Positions 48,262 to 61,000 of a stretch of 64,000 nucleotides of DNA are shown here, piece by piece. Below the pieces are notes generated by a model. It worked only from the letters and a program-made list of their open reading frames with translations, was not told where the DNA came from and searched no databases. Source of the DNA: Ruditapes philippinarum (taxonomy: Eukaryota); NCBI RefSeq assembly GCF_026571515.1, contig NW_026865029.1, positions 62,001 through 126,000 of the forward strand. Direction: 5' to 3'. The position numbers were made by a program, and so were the translations under genes. The number at the start of each line of letters is the position of its first letter. Position 1 is the first letter of the stretch.

Positions 48262-50537
48262 GTTTAAACATATTTTATTCTATATATTTACATTACGATG
48301 AACAATATTTACACAATACATTTGGGATTGGGCAGAAAGCTATGAAAGCTTATGAGTGTCCTGTCCCAGTTTAAACAATTTACATATATACAGTTCATGG
48401 CATTATCATGCACAAAATTCATTTAGTTGAAAATATATCAAAGACATTTTCAAAAAATATGTATTTTGCAATTAATAAATACTTAATATATGGTCATGAG
48501 AAAAAAAAGCAAAAGAAAAATGAAACAAAATGGAGGTGAAAAAATAAATTATTATATGACAGAGATTAATTTAGTTAGAAGTCGCCGTTTAATTTTCACC
48601 TAGGAATGTGCAATCGAAAAGACACTGTTTATTAACGGAGACAAAAGAATGTAATAAGAATCTTAATTGATAGTTATAAAGTACAATTATGTAATTACGA
48701 AAAAAACAACAACAAAAAACTACCAGCTAATATTGACAAAAAAAAACAAAAAAATTGAGAAAGAAAAGGAGTGGTGGATGAACAATAATAAAGCAGCAGG
48801 AGTAAACAAAGATGCATTATATAGTAACTATGTATGTTTAGATGAACAAGCGTAAGTAAGACTTGGGGTACGCGCTAAAAGCGCTTCGTTTCTCGGATGT
48901 ATTTTTGAACAGCTGTAAAGATAGTTACATTAGACTCGTAAGATAAAGAAGTGTTTCCAGTAAGAATGACATTTAAAGAAGGATTACAAAATTGGGAAAT
49001 AGCCGTTATTAATTCTGGTCGAAGGTTAGTTTATTTAGGGCATTCCAAGAAATAGTGATAAGCATTTTCTCTCGGACCACATTCGCAAAATAGAGATTCG
49101 ATAATATTCTTTTCAAATAGATCGGCAGAAAGCGAACTGCAGTGAGTGCGTAATCTTGTGTGAAAAATTTGAAGTTTGCGATCACCAGAAAGAAAATAAG
49201 CAGGCACACTTGGCAAATCAAGGCGCTTAAAAGAAGCTAAGGTTGGGGCATTTTGCGTTTGAGGTGGAAGAGAATTGAAATCTCTGATAACAGAAGGCAA
49301 GAATGATTTATAGTAATAATCTGTATTTGTGTGAATATTCTGTGTGTCGTTTGAGTTCCGGAGTGGGTACCGATGCTCACTACCAACAGACGGAGGGACA
49401 AGGTCAGAGAGGTATTGAGGGGTAAGACTTTTTTTCATTTTAAAGAAAAGAATCAATTTATGTTTGTAACGCCTTTTTTCCAAGGATTCCCACCCAACTT
49501 CTTTCATGAGTTTATCAATAGACACAAGTTTAGTTGTTCCGGTAATTATTCTAGCTGCTTCTTGGTGAATTTGTTCGAGCTCTTTTTTATCATTTTGATT
49601 ACAATTGTCAAATAATACATCTCCATATTCTATAATCGGTCTAATAAATGATAGGTATATGATTTGTAGTGAGTTCCTGTCGAGTTGAAATTTTAGTTTT
49701 TTCATGACATTTATTCTTTTCCAAGCTTTATTTTTAATGTATTCAATATGTGTTGACCAACGTAAATCATGAGTAAAAGTTATACCTAAGTGTTTGTGAT
49801 TACGTACTTCTTTTATTTGTGTGTTTTGCATAAAAATAGGAGGATGATTTATAAGTCTGTTTGTTTTACGCGATATTAATAATGATTCTGTTTTAAGGGG
49901 ATTGAATTTTACCAACCACCTTTCGGCCCAAGAAGTTATGTTTTGCAAATCTGTGTTTAGGATAGTGGAAGCAGTGATAGGGTCTTCTACAACAATAAAG
50001 AGATTTGTATCGTCAGCGAAAAGTCTTATATTTGCATTAATATCGATAACAATATCATTAATATAAACAAGAAACAACAGTGGCCCAAGAATAGACCCTT
50101 GCGGCACACCAGCGTTTATATAACTAAAAGATGATTTACAACCAGGGAGAACGACTCTCTGTCTTCTGTTCTTGAGATAAGAAGAAAACCAAGAAGAAAG
50201 ACGACCAGATATGCCGATCGAATTTAATTTGAAAATAAGTCCTTTGTGCCAGACTCGATCAAACGCTTTACTTATATCACAAAAGACAGTTCTGACTTCT
50301 TTACCAGAATCAATGGCCTGTGCAAAAATATTATATAAATATGTTAATTGGTTGACAGTGGAGTCTCCGGGAACAAAACCAGATTGAAGAGATGTGATAA
50401 TGTTGTTAGATCTCAGAAAATTAAACGTGTGTTTAAATATAATTCTTTCAAAGACTTTGTTGACTGTACTAATTAGGTATATGGGTCTGTAATTATTAAC
50501 TAAAGAAGGGTCACCCGATTTAAAGAGAGGAGAAACA
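48262..50537 (-). mobile_element. 5'-truncated CR1-group LINE with 10-bp TSD
   Basis: TSD TTGGGTTTTG at 48252-48261 and 50538-50547; RT ORF; 3' UTR ending aataaaatatgtttaaac on the minus strand. Confidence 0.9.
48875..50537 (-). pseudogene. LINE ORF2 reverse transcriptase fragment (endonuclease missing, one premature stop at 49031-49033)
   Basis: Motifs NYRPI, QSGF, DISKAFDRVWH, GVPQGSILGPLLF, FADD, HLG, CECG...HYFLECP. The frame continues after the TAA to ...YIRETKRF*. Confidence 0.9.
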
Positions 50538-53180
50538 TTGGGTTTTGCTTGAACATTAGTAGTCAACTTTGTTTGTCGGCCAAAAAAAAAACATTTATTT
50601 TGTAGTTTGCTAGTGTTATACTTTATAGAACGAACGAAGTCATTTACTTTGTAAAAATAAGTTTTATAGAAATAGTTATGCTTCGTAGAACGTTCCTTGT
50701 GACATAAAAATAGCGAAACAATCCAGGTTTATAAATGTTTACATACGGGAAGGACAAGTAAGCGCAATTGCGGTGCACAATGTTGTGATGCGCACGTACA
50801 AGTAATAACTGTTAGTGTGTTTTCACATGTTTACAAATAGAAAAAATGAAGAAAATTAATGTTCTTGCTGTAAGGATTAAGTAAAATTAGTAAAAGCATT
50901 ACCTTTTATTCAGACTGATATATGTTAAACACCTAACCAAACCAGCTTACATTTTACAGTAATATACTTAAATATTTATCATATTACAACAGTCTAAAAT
51001 CACCGTAAGTTCGGTTATATTCGCTAATTTATATAGGAAGCCTAAATAGGAACACACTGGAACGGAACCACAGATGATGCATTTTCCTGATTTTGTAGTG
51101 TGTCTGTAATTAAATAAATATTGGCACTGCAAAATTTGCTAATATTTATAAAAAAGTGAGCCACAGTCATTGTTTGTCCGATATGGAAAAGATATATTTC
51201 TATAAAAATAACGACTGGTCTATTAGACATTGCACGCCTTAAAAAGCCTGCCATTTGTTTCTTTCTTTGGTAAAGATAGGAGAAGTACCGTATTGTTTTA
51301 GTTCTTTGCCTTTTGTAACCAATAAGCAATCAAGTTCTCATTGAAAACCCTTCTGTTACATGTTCAAACTGCTATGAAACTATATAAAAGTTTCCAACTG
51401 TTCAAACGTGACACAAACGATGACTGGATCATAGCCTTTGTAACGGCATACTCAATCTTAAATTTCCTGTTACCATGGCAACGCGGGGAAATCTCAAAAT
51501 TGCCAAAAATCACTATTTTGCGTTGATTTTCCCATCAACACTGATTTCAAAGAAGAGCAACTTATTAATGGATTGAGATAGAGTCAAAGGCTTTACAGCG
51601 TTGGGTACACGTTACCTTAAGGTCGACCAAAGGCCATTCTAGTTTCTCACAAGTGCAAAATTTTCTTGGAGATGAGGAGGTCGGCTGATTTCTTCAAACC
51701 CCCGATCGGAAGGGGGCATTTTTCCCCTCTGGCACCGATTGATGTATCTATTTGGCAGGGGATGGCGCGGATCACTTTTTTAACAAAGTTTCTCAAACGA
51801 AAACTAGTGTTAGGGGTCTAGGTGGAGTTTTTTTCTCACTTTTTGAGGTCTCAAAAGGGGAGGGGGTAAAAAGGCGTGAAAAAACGTCTGTATGAAGTGA
51901 TGAGTTAAACAAAAAAGAATGGACGCTGTAAGCCTATAGATAAGTACAATGGTTTTGTCATCAAAAATTTGCAGCATTATTCTAAGGCTATAAACGCTCC
52001 TGACTCAGTCTTTTATCAATTAGATGAAGATATTTTGGATGGTTTCCGGAATAAACTCTCGTATAATATCTGTGTGGCCGCAAGCAAGTCTGTTGTCTTG
52101 TCGTTGTTGTTAAATTAAATGTCTGTTCATATTGCGCGACATTTTCTCCCAATGTGTTCTTATTGAGCAACCTGACACAAGAAAGCTAATTGTTCGTGCA
52201 CTAATTTAATGATTAGCTTATGCTTTGCATATTTTATCAACCAAATAATTCCACAAAGTATATTAGTTTATTTGTTCCCGTACACGAATCGATTCCTGTA
52301 GAACAGTTAGGATGAACGCTTATGTATATCATGATCAATATGATTACGCATGTGAAAGACGTGATTGAAATGACTGTTTCTCTGTTTGCAAAATGACACA
52401 TTTAAGCATAAAGGAGATCTTTACTTCTCAAACTTGAAAATTTCTTAAAAGGAGACGAACAATGCACAAGCTAACGCACAAAGTTGTCAAGTACACTATT
52501 TTAACATAAATTGACAAAGATAAATACATGAACGGATCGGAGTTACAAAGCATCTGTATTTGCACCAGTAAGTAACTTAAAGTTTCTGATAAATTAAATA
52601 AAAGAAAGAGACCAAAAATTGCGTGCACAGGTAAATTCGTGACCAAAATATAAGAAACGAATTAAGATATAATTGTTGTCTAGAAAAGCAAAAGAAAAAA
52701 ATTAGTAAGTTAGTAAATATTTACAATTAGAGTTAATGTTCTGCATAAGAATTGAAAGCATTTGTTGAATAAAAATTAAATGTATATTTATGACATTTTA
52801 TTGGCAAACAATGTTGGTGTGATATATTGGCAATACTTCATAGACGTACGTACATTACAATACAAACAAAATACAATAGATGCAGAACACAAAACACAGG
52901 GCACCACAGTTTCTAAAAAACAACACTGCGACATGTACACAAATGGATTTCTCTTATTGGCAAATCTCGTATTAGTTACGTGTGAAATGTTTGTCTGTTT
53001 CTAATGTATAACCAAGTTGACCTCAAGTATCTAAATACAATGCACCAATATGTGGTCAAAAGGGGGATAAATTTAGAATCAGAAAAACAGTTCATAAACA
53101 GCAAATATAAGACTTGTCATATTCTATATCTAGAATTTCCCGATCAATGTAGAGAATCAATACCGTACATGCTTTAAGCT

Positions 53181-54598
53181 TTACCGTCTTCTTCCATATC
53201 GCCTGAAATAATTGTCAAGGCAATCTGTACACAGTTTGGGGTCCTCCTGGGCTCCTTGCCACTGGCACTTGTTACTGGGTCGGGTGGGGGCTGCGTTCAT
53301 TGGACGCCGCCTTTCCTTGATGATCTTGTTTATCGTATATTTTCTGATGAAAATACTGGAGATGTTTATTTTGAATTTCTCTTCCGGCATAAATAATCTT
53401 AACAACCTGCTTGGTTCTATTTGTTCTTTCCTTTTCAGCTTGGAACTTTCGTACAGCAAAGACGCTAAGATATTCTTTTAAACCCAACTGTCAGATTTGC
53501 ATTTTCCCCGACAGTTAAAGTCATGCTTTATCACAAGCATTTCGAATGCATTAGATGGGAGATAGGAATTTGAATGGAATCTGTTGGACTAGAATACCAA
53601 TGACAGCTGCACAGAGTGAGTTCATTAATATCCTCCTCTGCTGTTGAAGATGTATTTCAAAAGCTTGTAGCATTCATTGTGACTATTGCTTAAGGTTCGA
53701 ACAAGCTCGACCTCTGCCTCCGTAAATGTTACATGGAAACAAAGCCTGCATCACAAAATGTTGACTCATTACAAGGAATAAGCCTATATTTTATATGCCT
53801 GATGAGCTTTTCCCACACTCCTGAATGAAATGTTTCATTTTCTGCAACCACCTTACCTTGTCGTGACATGTTTACTTCTATTGGTAAAGTCATATCATTA
53901 TTAATCGTCATTTTTCTATTATGTTTTGATTCCCAAATAAATGTTGTCATATGTGCTGGGCCGTGATTTACAACATGCTTGCCTACACGAAGAGTAACCA
54001 AGGTTCTAATACATTTTAAATCTCCTGAAAATTTAATGACGTCGACGACTTCTGACATAAATGCGTTTGCAAGACTATCGTTAAACGGATTCAAACGACT
54101 CTGAGAACTTTCACTTTGTAATGGGTCTCTGCGCAGCCATTTTCTGCCTCCTAATTTTGAATAGCCATATAATTCACTTACTTTTCCTGTAAAATCATGG
54201 CTAAACGATCCCTGCATGTAGCCCCCGCGAAGAAAAGGTTTCCATAGAGACTAAATGCGTTGATCAATTATTTTCACATGCGCAAATCCCTCTATCAATT
54301 TACACACGCGTTCAACTTTGACCCTTTTTTGGTGAGTTACAATAAGTAAATCAAACTCATCTGGCTAACTATACTCGTTCTTTCTGTCAAGCTTCCAACC
54401 TTAAATTTTCGGAGTTTGCCAAATGGACCTAACCAGTCCACGTTATTTGCAACTCTTTTAATGATATCATGTACAAGTGCCTCAGCAGCGAGAAGACCGA
54501 ACAGAAACTCGGTTACTCAATGAATTCCGAAAGAAATATGTAAATTAACAGTTTTTCACCTCTTCGACGGCTGCTTGCTGAGGTTTTGAGCCAGCCAT
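53181..54598 (-). pseudogene. cGLR subtype B pseudogene (duplicate of 25323-26801)
   Basis: MAGSKPQQAAVEEVKNC* early stop; a deletion after RVSVR; -1 deletion just before DEFD; further stops and frameshifts; ~60-bp insertion at ~53570-53628; replaced segment at 53239-53340. Confidence 0.92.
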
Positions 54599-54985
54599 TT
54601 TGTTTTGGAGTGTTTACTCTGTTAGGTTTCTTAACCTACAACACAAACTCTTCTTTACACAATCTTGAATATCAGACTGGGTTTTCCGTTAGTTCTACCC
54701 ATGCCGGAAGTATCATCTGGCATGGGATGCCATTGGGGACGGATTTATCGATCTGAACCGCAACATCTGACATATTATTAGACTGGTTACCACCACTGCA
54801 AGTTTTGGCAATCCAATTATGAAACTATGTCAATGTTACTAAACTGTGATAAAATGGAGCAAACCTTGCAAAATAGCGAAGAAAGTGAAATATATAAGAC
54901 AGCTTTTTATTCCATTATTTTGTTTATTATTTTATTTTGTCAAAACATAAAATAATGATAATAAAAACATTATAGATATTCTTAA

Positions 54986-55338
54986 AGATCCTGTAACACA
55001 ATTTATATGGTTTTAAATCATAAGTATGATGCTCAAATTAAGATTAATTAATATTGTAGGTTTCAAAAAGCATTATTTATAAAGTTATTACCGAATTTAA
55101 CATTTCATGTAAATAAAGGGAGGTAATAAAACGATTATTTTCTATAAAGTTTAAGTCAAATTTTGCATTAAGAAATGAATGCATATATTTTAATGATTAC
55201 ATAATATGCACACATATTTACAGTACATATTTTATTATATTCTTCGATGTTTGAAAATTGTTTTATTTGCATAATTATGTACACATATATAATTTCACTA
55301 AGTGTGGTTAACCACTTTGATCACAACATACAGGATCT
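54986..55338. mobile_element. Kolobok-like MITE
   Basis: TTAA|AGATCCTGTA...TACAGGATCT|TTAA; single TTAA empty site at ~28399 in the paralogous block. Confidence 0.85.
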
Positions 55339-56789
55339 TTAAGTTATATTTAAGTTTAAAATCGTTTACCTGACAATGAAATGACAACGAAATCATTGCA
55401 ATAATGGCTGACATAATGATCAACCTTTGTACATTTTAAAGATTTCTTTCTTGACAAAGTTTAAGCGGCTTCATTCCTATTTATAGTTCATAATACATAT
55501 AGTTCATGTATATACAGTAAAATATTTCAGTTTAGTTTAGGTATTGCTTCAAACGCAAGAAATTACATTATGCTATTTTGAGTGCCGATTGAATATTTAT
55601 TATTCCATGATTTATAACGGACTTGACATTCATGTTATAAATTTATGGTTTAAAGGCACATCTTATCTATGTTGTACAGTTTTGAACGTGCCACACCTAA
55701 GGAAATTTTCAAGAGCTTATTCATTATATCTGTTTAACATGTTATTTTGTAAAAACAATAATACATCCTTATTTCTTGAATAAATGGATATGTGTGTAAA
55801 TTGCGCAAAAATAAGCTATAAAAGCAGAAGATTGTGAGAAAGAATGTGAAAATAAGTTAGTTCAATGTCATGTTTGTATTTCTTATAGTTCCGTTAATGA
55901 AATGCGTTATTGAAATATTTACAACGTAGCCATGTATTTTCACCTTGTTTAAATATCAGTAACCAAAACATTTGAAAAATACACCCCTGTACTCTATTTC
56001 TGTAACAAAATGTCTACACTAAAACATACGTAGAATTTTTTTTTTAAAGTCTTTTACCAAAATAATTATACCACTAAGAAATTAGAAAACGTTTAGAGAT
56101 TCATCATTTATTATTCAAGCTTTAATGGAATGGTTTAAATTCTAAATTTTGGGGACTTTTAAAATCGAGAATACACTTTAAAAATTGTTTTTATTTAATT
56201 TTATATTTGAAAAGTTTTAAGTATTCATATTGTTAGTATTTAAAGTAATAAATAATATATGTTTACATTCTTGTTAACAAAAAAGAAATCTTGACTTTTA
56301 GATAATGAAAGGATACCAGAATTAATAAAAAAAAATCCCGCACTTTTAAACGATTGTTCTAATATCGATTACCTGTCCGTATGATTGAGACCAACTATTT
56401 GTGTTTATAAAAAAATAAATATATATTTAGATTTTCACGAAAAAGAGACCAAGTTCATTGGAAATAAAGTTGTCATGTTTGTAGAAAATTTGCAATGTCA
56501 TTGTGTGATTATGTGAATTTATTACAATGTTTCAGCTCAATCGACCATTGACGTTAATTTCATTGATATAATAAATTTACTGCATAAGCATTTCAAATGT
56601 ATAAGTTATATAATTGACACTTTTGTTTAAACACTTTAACAAATTTATTGTATCATCGGAGGGTATGAAATGGTTCAAATCTTTATATTATAAATTAGTC
56701 CAAATAAAAACTATACTCACTTAAAAAGAACTAATGATTACTTTTTAAAACAAACTTATATTGAACTTTGAACTTTCTATTACAATTAT

Positions 56790-58000
56790 ACCTGACCTAG
56801 GTCCACCATCAACTTCTACTATACTTAACCTTTTTTTTTTAATTCATCCGAAACAGAAGCAATTCTCAAATCTCTAAAAGTAGCCATTGAAGCATCTGGA
56901 CCAGATGGTATCAGTAACATAATTCTTCGTGAATCTTCACGAGAACTTTCTATTCCTTTAACCGATCTTTTTAACACATCTTTATCATGTTGCAAAGTAG
57001 GAAGGAAGCCAATGTTACAGCTATTTCCTGCAAACAATTATAGACCTATTTCATTGTTAAACACTATAGAAAATTTCATTGCGCCACTTATTTTTAAGCA
57101 CCTTTTCAATCACATGATATCAAATTGAATTCTTACACCATTGCATATAATATATATATAAATATATATATATATATAAAGCCTGACAACAATGGTGTAA
57201 GAATTCAATTTGATATCATGTGATCATGTATCTATAGCACTGTTTGTAAAGCACTTGATAATGACATTGAAGCTAGAGTTATTTTTTTGACATTAGCATT
57301 TGATAAGGCCTTGCATAAAGATATTCTTTGTTAACTAAAATATTATGGTATATCTGGCAATTTGTTGGATTGGGTTCGAGACTATCTAAAATCTAAACGC
57401 CAGCGGGTTGTCTAAACAGATGCAAAATCATTTTTTTTTTAGGCAGGTGTCCCTCAAGGCTAGATCCTTAGTCCTTTGCTTTTTCTAATTTATATTAATG
57501 ACATTGTTCAAGATATTCAATCTAATGTTTACCTTTTTGCTGATGATACAAGTAGTTAACCATAAACACTTGGGTTTTTTCTTATCTAACAATTGTCAAT
57601 GGCACTCACATATTGAATGTGTTAATGATAAAGCATGGAAACGAGTAAACATAATGAGAAAATTAGAATTTGTATTAGATCGTAAATCTTTAGAAATAAT
57701 TTGTACGTCGTTTATAAAACAAATTCTCGAATATTCTGACGTCGTAAAGGTAAATGCATTTTAATATGAACTTGAACTTTTAGACTAATTACTAGAATAG
57801 TACCGGATGCATCAATGCTTATTTCTATAGAAAATATTAAAAATGAACTTAGTTGGTGAACATTAAAGCAGAGACGTCATAACCACAGATTTATTTTGTT
57901 TTATAAAATTAAATACGGCATAACACCTAAATATACCACGCTTCGCATACACCAGATCCCACAAACACTCGCTATAACTTAAGGAACTCAAATGACACAA
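56790..58000 (+). mobile_element. Degenerate CR1-group LINE fragment
   Basis: Broken motifs ASGPDGISN, NYRPISLL, AGVPQG, PLLFLIYINDI, FADD, HKHLG, KAWKRVNIMRKL. Absent from the paralogous block near 30060-30110. Confidence 0.85.
57109..57224. repeat. Perfect 35-bp inverted repeat around a (TA)n tract
   Basis: atcacatgatatcaaattgaattcttacaccattg (57109-57143) and its reverse complement (57190-57224). Confidence 0.9.
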
Positions 58001-61000
58001 ACGCCTATTTGAAAAAGCGGCCTTCAGCGTTTCTAAATATTAAATGTGCTATTTTTTATATAAATCGTTTCATATAGTTAACAAATAAAAAAATTAAGAT
58101 GGAAAATGAATTTCGCCGTCCTAAAATACATAAACAATAAGGAATACCCACGATGCCTCTAATATACCGGTCCGCTTTCTGTAAGCTAGAATTGAACGTC
58201 ACTTACAATGGAACGTCACTTATAAATAGCTCTCGGAGAAGGTTTACTGTCGTGATCCGGAGTGAAAACTACCACCACCACCACCACCACTAAGGTTTTG
58301 AAGAAAGCTTAAGAGTGATATGATGCAACTTTTCCAAGAAAAAAAGAATTGAATTCTTACTATATAAAATAATAATATTGCCTTTTCATAGCAATATTTC
58401 TCATAGAACTTCAAATGCATACTTCTTTTAGATACTATAGTATTTTGTGTGCTGCGCTGAAAAATATACATACTAGTAATTGATTTGTGAAACATATTTC
58501 GATTCGCGTGTATATCAAATATTTAAAATGATTTAATGGTAATACTTCGTAACTCTTGGAAACTTTTAGGTAAATTAGCAGTGCCTTAAATATGCAAATT
58601 TGCAGTGAGTTTAGCGTTTCGGGTAAGTAAATTATCGAATATTGGTTAACTGAAGTATACGTAGAAGAAACACTTTTGTTTGACTTGATAGAAAAAACAT
58701 TAAAGAATATAAACCCTTATGTATATTCATTGATTGAAAATATATTAAATGTAGACAGGTCCACTTCTTAAAAATCTATAAGATCTATTTAAGAGCCATT
58801 ATAACTAAATGAATTATATTAAAAGACTTCATTCAACTATATATCACTGGGAATGACCCTTGTAGGTCACATGGCCGTCATAAAATATTTATTTGTTCAG
58901 ACGTCTGTTATTATAGAACGTTTCTACTTTAGTTTCTTTTACAAATATAGTAAATAAAGACCATAACAGTATTGTTGAATTAGGTCATATTTACTTTAGT
59001 TTATGCCCTAAATTAAGTCACTCAAACATACTTTCAGTATCATAAACTAAAAAATGGTTTAAAGACAATCGTTAATGTTTAAGTTATTTTCTTCTCATCG
59101 TTAAAGGTACATTATGCCTCAGAAATGAACTAATTTTTAATACGTAGGAAACGGAAAACATGAATTTATAATGAATAATGTTTAATGGTTTTAGATCATA
59201 TTAGATGCTTGTTACCTAAAGAAAGAAGAGATATATGTGAACACGTTTGTCATTAAAGTAGCAAAATGTAAACAAAGTAGTATGTTGAGTTTCGTACGAA
59301 TTACTAGTTCAATATTTTACTTATTGTCAAAAAGCAACGAATAAAAAAACATGGTTCATGTAATTTTGATAGTTTAAAAAACACCAGGAGCTATTTTATT
59401 TTTTTTTTATTTTGTCCACAAACCAAATTTTGATCATTTTATTCCTTCAATTTAAAACAGCGAAAATAAGTTCGGAACAAAAAAAATCCATTAAATTTCT
59501 ATTACTAGTACATGTATGTGAAGTTACATATTGGTTCCCCGTCGGTGATACGCAGCCTGGTATTTCTATAAATGAGAACGGGAACCAATTTACGCGCTGA
59601 CAGAAAAGAAGATAGAAAGTAAAACAAAGCAGCATAACTGACATTTATATCTTTTATGAAAATAAAAGATTTTTTTTTCTTTTCTGGGGGAAATTGTAGT
59701 ACACATAGTTGTATGCAGATTGGTCGCATGCATTTTATTGCCTCGCAAGACTGGTTAGTGCGCTTCCGTTGAATGACGAACAAACCCAAATTCGAAAGCT
59801 TTAAACAGATGACCTTAACATTGTAATGACCCGAAAATCTATCTATAGATATCTATAGTTTTTACGGATGACTGAGCAATTACGACTGAAAATAAAATTT
59901 AGAATTGGAGAATTATTTTGACGATGTTGAATAAAGTTCTTTTACTGTGCTTTAGTTTTTCTGAATACTTTTCGTTGTTTTAATTTCTAGAACTTGTTTA
60001 AAGTCTGTGTTTCTATTTTATGGGATATATGTTTGTACAGACGCTTTATTGAAGCATATTTATACCAAAGCAACGAAGTTCAGGGCTTCTCTCACGATGA
60101 CTTCAATGCTCAGGCAGATGACTTTAAACCAAAAACTCTATTTCCATGGAAATGGGATTTATCCAAATAACATTTTAAATGCAATCGTATATCAGGTTTT
60201 ACACAAATTCAGTGTAGATAAGCTGTTTTATCAATCACTTATTGCATTATACAAGTTATAGTTGTTTGTATACAAGCGGACTGCAGCCGCAAGCTACTTC
60301 GTTTCCATGCATTTTTCTGATCTATGCAATGATTGAAAAGTCAGATTTTTATCAACTTTTAATACAATCATATAAGTAGTATGTTTTATATTGATGCCCT
60401 ACTTGCCTTATTGTTAAGACCTTTGTTAGACTTTTGAAACTGTCCGTTATGAGTTCGAATCCAGTGTAGTATTTCATTTCATTTTCAAGAAAAGTTGACC
60501 ACTATGTTTGGTGATTTTAATTGCACTGTGTTAATTTAAAAAATCTTGAATATTTTTGATGGTTTACTTGATACTTTAATGCACATACGATCGAACATGT
60601 CTTCTAAGAAAACATCAAAACTTTTAATCAAAAGAAAACTCTAAAACTGCCTTCGTTGTGTAGCATTTTTGGGAATAGCACAAAGATTAGAATAGAATAG
60701 AAAAATATGATATATAAAGTTACCCCCAGTGTTTTTGTGAAAGGAAACAAAATACACATATACACAAACAAAAACCGTTTTTTATCGCAAGGCCACAAAG
60801 TCAAACATGGATAATTGATAACAATACTTTCATAAAAGTACGTATTTGAATAGAAAGAAATCATGAAAACTAACGAACATGATTCAGACAATGATTGAGG
60901 ATCAGTTCAATATTGCCAAACAATAGAAGGAATATGCAATGGTTTATGTAATTTGGTAGGATAATTGCCCATGACTTATAATTTTAAGGTTAAAATCAAA

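Larger units (their letters stand above)
52700..58340. repeat. Segmental duplication of ~25010-30380 (same orientation) containing the subtype B gene and its flanks
   Basis: Collinear anchors: tgttctgcaYaagaattgaaagcattt (~25038/52737), taaaatcgtttacctgac (~28413/55357), acctgtccgtatgattgagac (~29686/56371), gtgatatgatgcaacttttcc (~30356/58315). Confidence 0.85.

Noticed and set aside
60415-60470. tRNA-like B box (gagttcgaatcc)
   Set aside because: No convincing acceptor stem or cloverleaf; most likely a repeat-internal remnant.
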